A stretch of DNA of 64,000 bases from Squalus acanthias (Eukaryota). Of the stretch, positions 62,094 through 64,000 are shown one piece after another; positions within the stretch are counted from its first letter, which is position 1; each line of letters starts with the position of its first letter. The stretch is taken from contig CM059432.1 of NCBI GenBank assembly GCA_030390025.1, positions 113,276,001 to 113,340,000 of the forward strand, read 5' to 3'. The notes below the pieces were generated by a model. The model was not told the origin of the DNA and made no database searches. It saw only the letters and a program-made list of their open reading frames with translations. Position numbers and translations under genes: made by a program.

Positions 62094-63675
62094 TACTCAT
62101 TGATATTGCTCAAACAATTGTGATATACTCAGAGGCCCAGGGAGAGAGCTCGGCGCTATAGCGACCAGGTATTGGAGGCTCTGGTTGGCGCAGTTGAATG
62201 GCAACGGGCAGTGCTCTTTCCAGAGTGGCAGGACGCCATTGTCCCGCGAGTTTAGAAGAGTCTGGAGGGAGGTGGCCCAGCATGTGTCATCGTGGAGCCG
62301 GGTGCAAAAGACCTCACTCGGGTGGTCAGGGTGAATACCTGCTTTCCAATACCTCTACATCCCACCATCTCAACTTCACTCTGCCCAGATGGTGTAACTA
62401 CCCAAATGCCCAACACTCATCCAACAACTATGGCCATCTCATAAAACTCACATGCACATCCCACACCTTGCACACATTAACGGCTATTCAGCTATGGTAG
62501 ACACATCTGCCAAACACATGGCTGCACACTCACTCATATACTGTCCTTTTTCTTGCAGGTCAAGCTTTCACATAACCGCCGAGAGATCCAGCGGATGGGA
62601 GGAGGACAGGCGGACCTACACCCCCTCACTGAATTGGAGGAGAGAGTCCACAGACTCATTGCCAGCCAGGTAGTAGGCGCCGTGGCCGGTGGAGAGGTCG
62701 GCCCCCTTGGGGACAACAACAGTATGTTCATCAGCTTTCTCTCCTCTCTCATACCGCTTCCCCCTCACAACACCAGCCTTTTACACTTTTGATCCAACTA
62801 GCTGTCTCCAGTCCTTGCTCCCTTCCTGCCCCCACGCTAAAGCCACTCTTGTACCTTCCTGCTTTCAGATAGTGAACCACCAGCTGAGCAGCCTGTCCCT
62901 CAGCCTGCCAGTGGCAGCGACGCGGGAGAGGAGGAGGAAAGAGGAAGCCGGAGCCTCACCGCCTGCATCTTCTGAGGGTGACACTTCCGACACTAGGGCC
63001 ATGCGTTCACTGGAGGGGAGCAGGGGGTTTGCATCTGATTTGGGTGAAGCTCCGGGACCCAGCGGGCTGCAGAAACGCCATGGGGAAAGGAAAGCTCGGG
63101 GGCCATCTCCCGGAAGGTGAGGAAGTGCACAAGTTCTGCTGCACAGGACTCGGATGAGGACCTTGATATAGCGGCCATGAATACGCAGGCGATGAGCATG
63201 CACATTGAGCTCATGGGTGCAATGGCAAGGGTGCCCGACAGCATGGGTGCACTGGCTAGGAGTGTGGAGGAGTCCGCCACCAGCACAGCTGTCATCTGTG
63301 CGCAAACCCTTGAACACATCCTTGTCTCATTGCAGAGGATAGTTGAATTGCAGGGAGACTGTGGGGAACCAGAGCCTATGTCGCGGCTAATGGGTGAGGT
63401 GGCAGGATCTATTGCAGCACAGGCCAACGCAATGCATCGCAATAGCTTAGTGCTGCAATCGAGTCATTGGCTGGTGCCATCTAGTTTCAGACTGCTCTCA
63501 TGCAGTCTCAGATTGATGTCACGCAAGCGCTGACTGCTGCCATCCTCGCTGGGTCGCCCACAGTCCACCGGAGATCTCACGGTGCCGCAGCAGGCCAGCA
63601 ATCTGTGCTTGAGCAGATTGCTCCGGATGCTGAGGTACTGCCCCGGTGGAGTGGCAGTGTGTCGGTCGAGCAGGA

Positions 63676-63855
63676 ACATAGCAACATAGAAAAATAGGAG
63701 CAGGAGTAGGCCATTCGGCCCTTCGAGCCTGCTCCGCCATTCAATATGATCATGGCTGATCCTCTATCTCAATACCGTATTCCAGCTCTCTCCCCATACC
63801 CCTTAATGCCTTTTGTGCCTAGAAATCTATCTATCTCCTTCAGTGACTTTTCCTC
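63676..63855 (-). mobile_element. Short CR1 3' fragment in Myb exon 3
   Basis: CR1 tail; flanked by CAGGAA on both sides. Confidence 0.75.
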
Positions 63856-63879
63856 CAGGAAGGCGCTGTCCTCTCTCAG

Positions 63880-64000
63880 TGTTGTGAATGGCACAGTGTT
63901 CAGTGCCATTCACAACTCCTCAGATAATGAAGCAGTCCATGCCCACATGCAACAAGATCTGGACAACGTTCAGGCTTGGGCTGATAAGTGGCAGGTAACA
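63880..64000 (+). mobile_element. Second LINE family fragment (runs off the window)
   Basis: Matches 56633-56740. Confidence 0.8.

Larger units (their letters stand above)
61633..63879 (+). mobile_element. Harbinger left part with Myb/SANT pseudogene
   Basis: Starts GGGGGAAATATTGG; exons ~62120-62330, 62559-62722 (VKLSHNRREIQRMGGGQAD) and from 62869; paralogous to 9011-11136. Confidence 0.85.

Noticed and set aside
1..64000. Remaining short ORFs in the six-frame track
   Set aside because: Alternative-frame or antisense readings of repeats; no coherent host exon chain was found.

Overview
Eukaryotic, repeat-saturated intronic or intergenic DNA. It is almost certainly from a cartilaginous fish, an inference from the Deu-domain tRNA-derived SINEs, the CR1 LINEs with (TTCTATGT)n tails and the short palindromic Penelope-type insertions. 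I found no intact host protein-coding gene. Most of the window is nested transposon debris: about 8 PIF/Harbinger DNA transposons or large relics (a spliced 3-exon Myb/SANT gene, often convergent with a HARBI1-like DDE nuclease), Harbinger MITEs with 3-bp TSDs, three hAT MITEs (two with 8-bp TSDs), young and old CR1 LINEs, an RTE LINE, a second CR1-group LINE family and L2 fragments. It also holds five solo LTRs of 0.6-1.7 kb with TSDs, a probable sixth, and several short Penelope-like insertions carrying minimal hammerhead-ribozyme cores. Non-repeat islands lie at about 13.0-15.1 kb (candidate minus-strand poison or terminal exon) and about 59.6-61.6 kb (possible conserved non-coding elements). 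The most notable observations are the hammerhead-bearing mini-elements, the candidate poison exon, a 19x37-bp minisatellite grown from a transposon intron branch point, the long solo LTRs and a recurrent breakpoint in the Harbinger Myb gene. All family names come from motif recognition; no database search was run.
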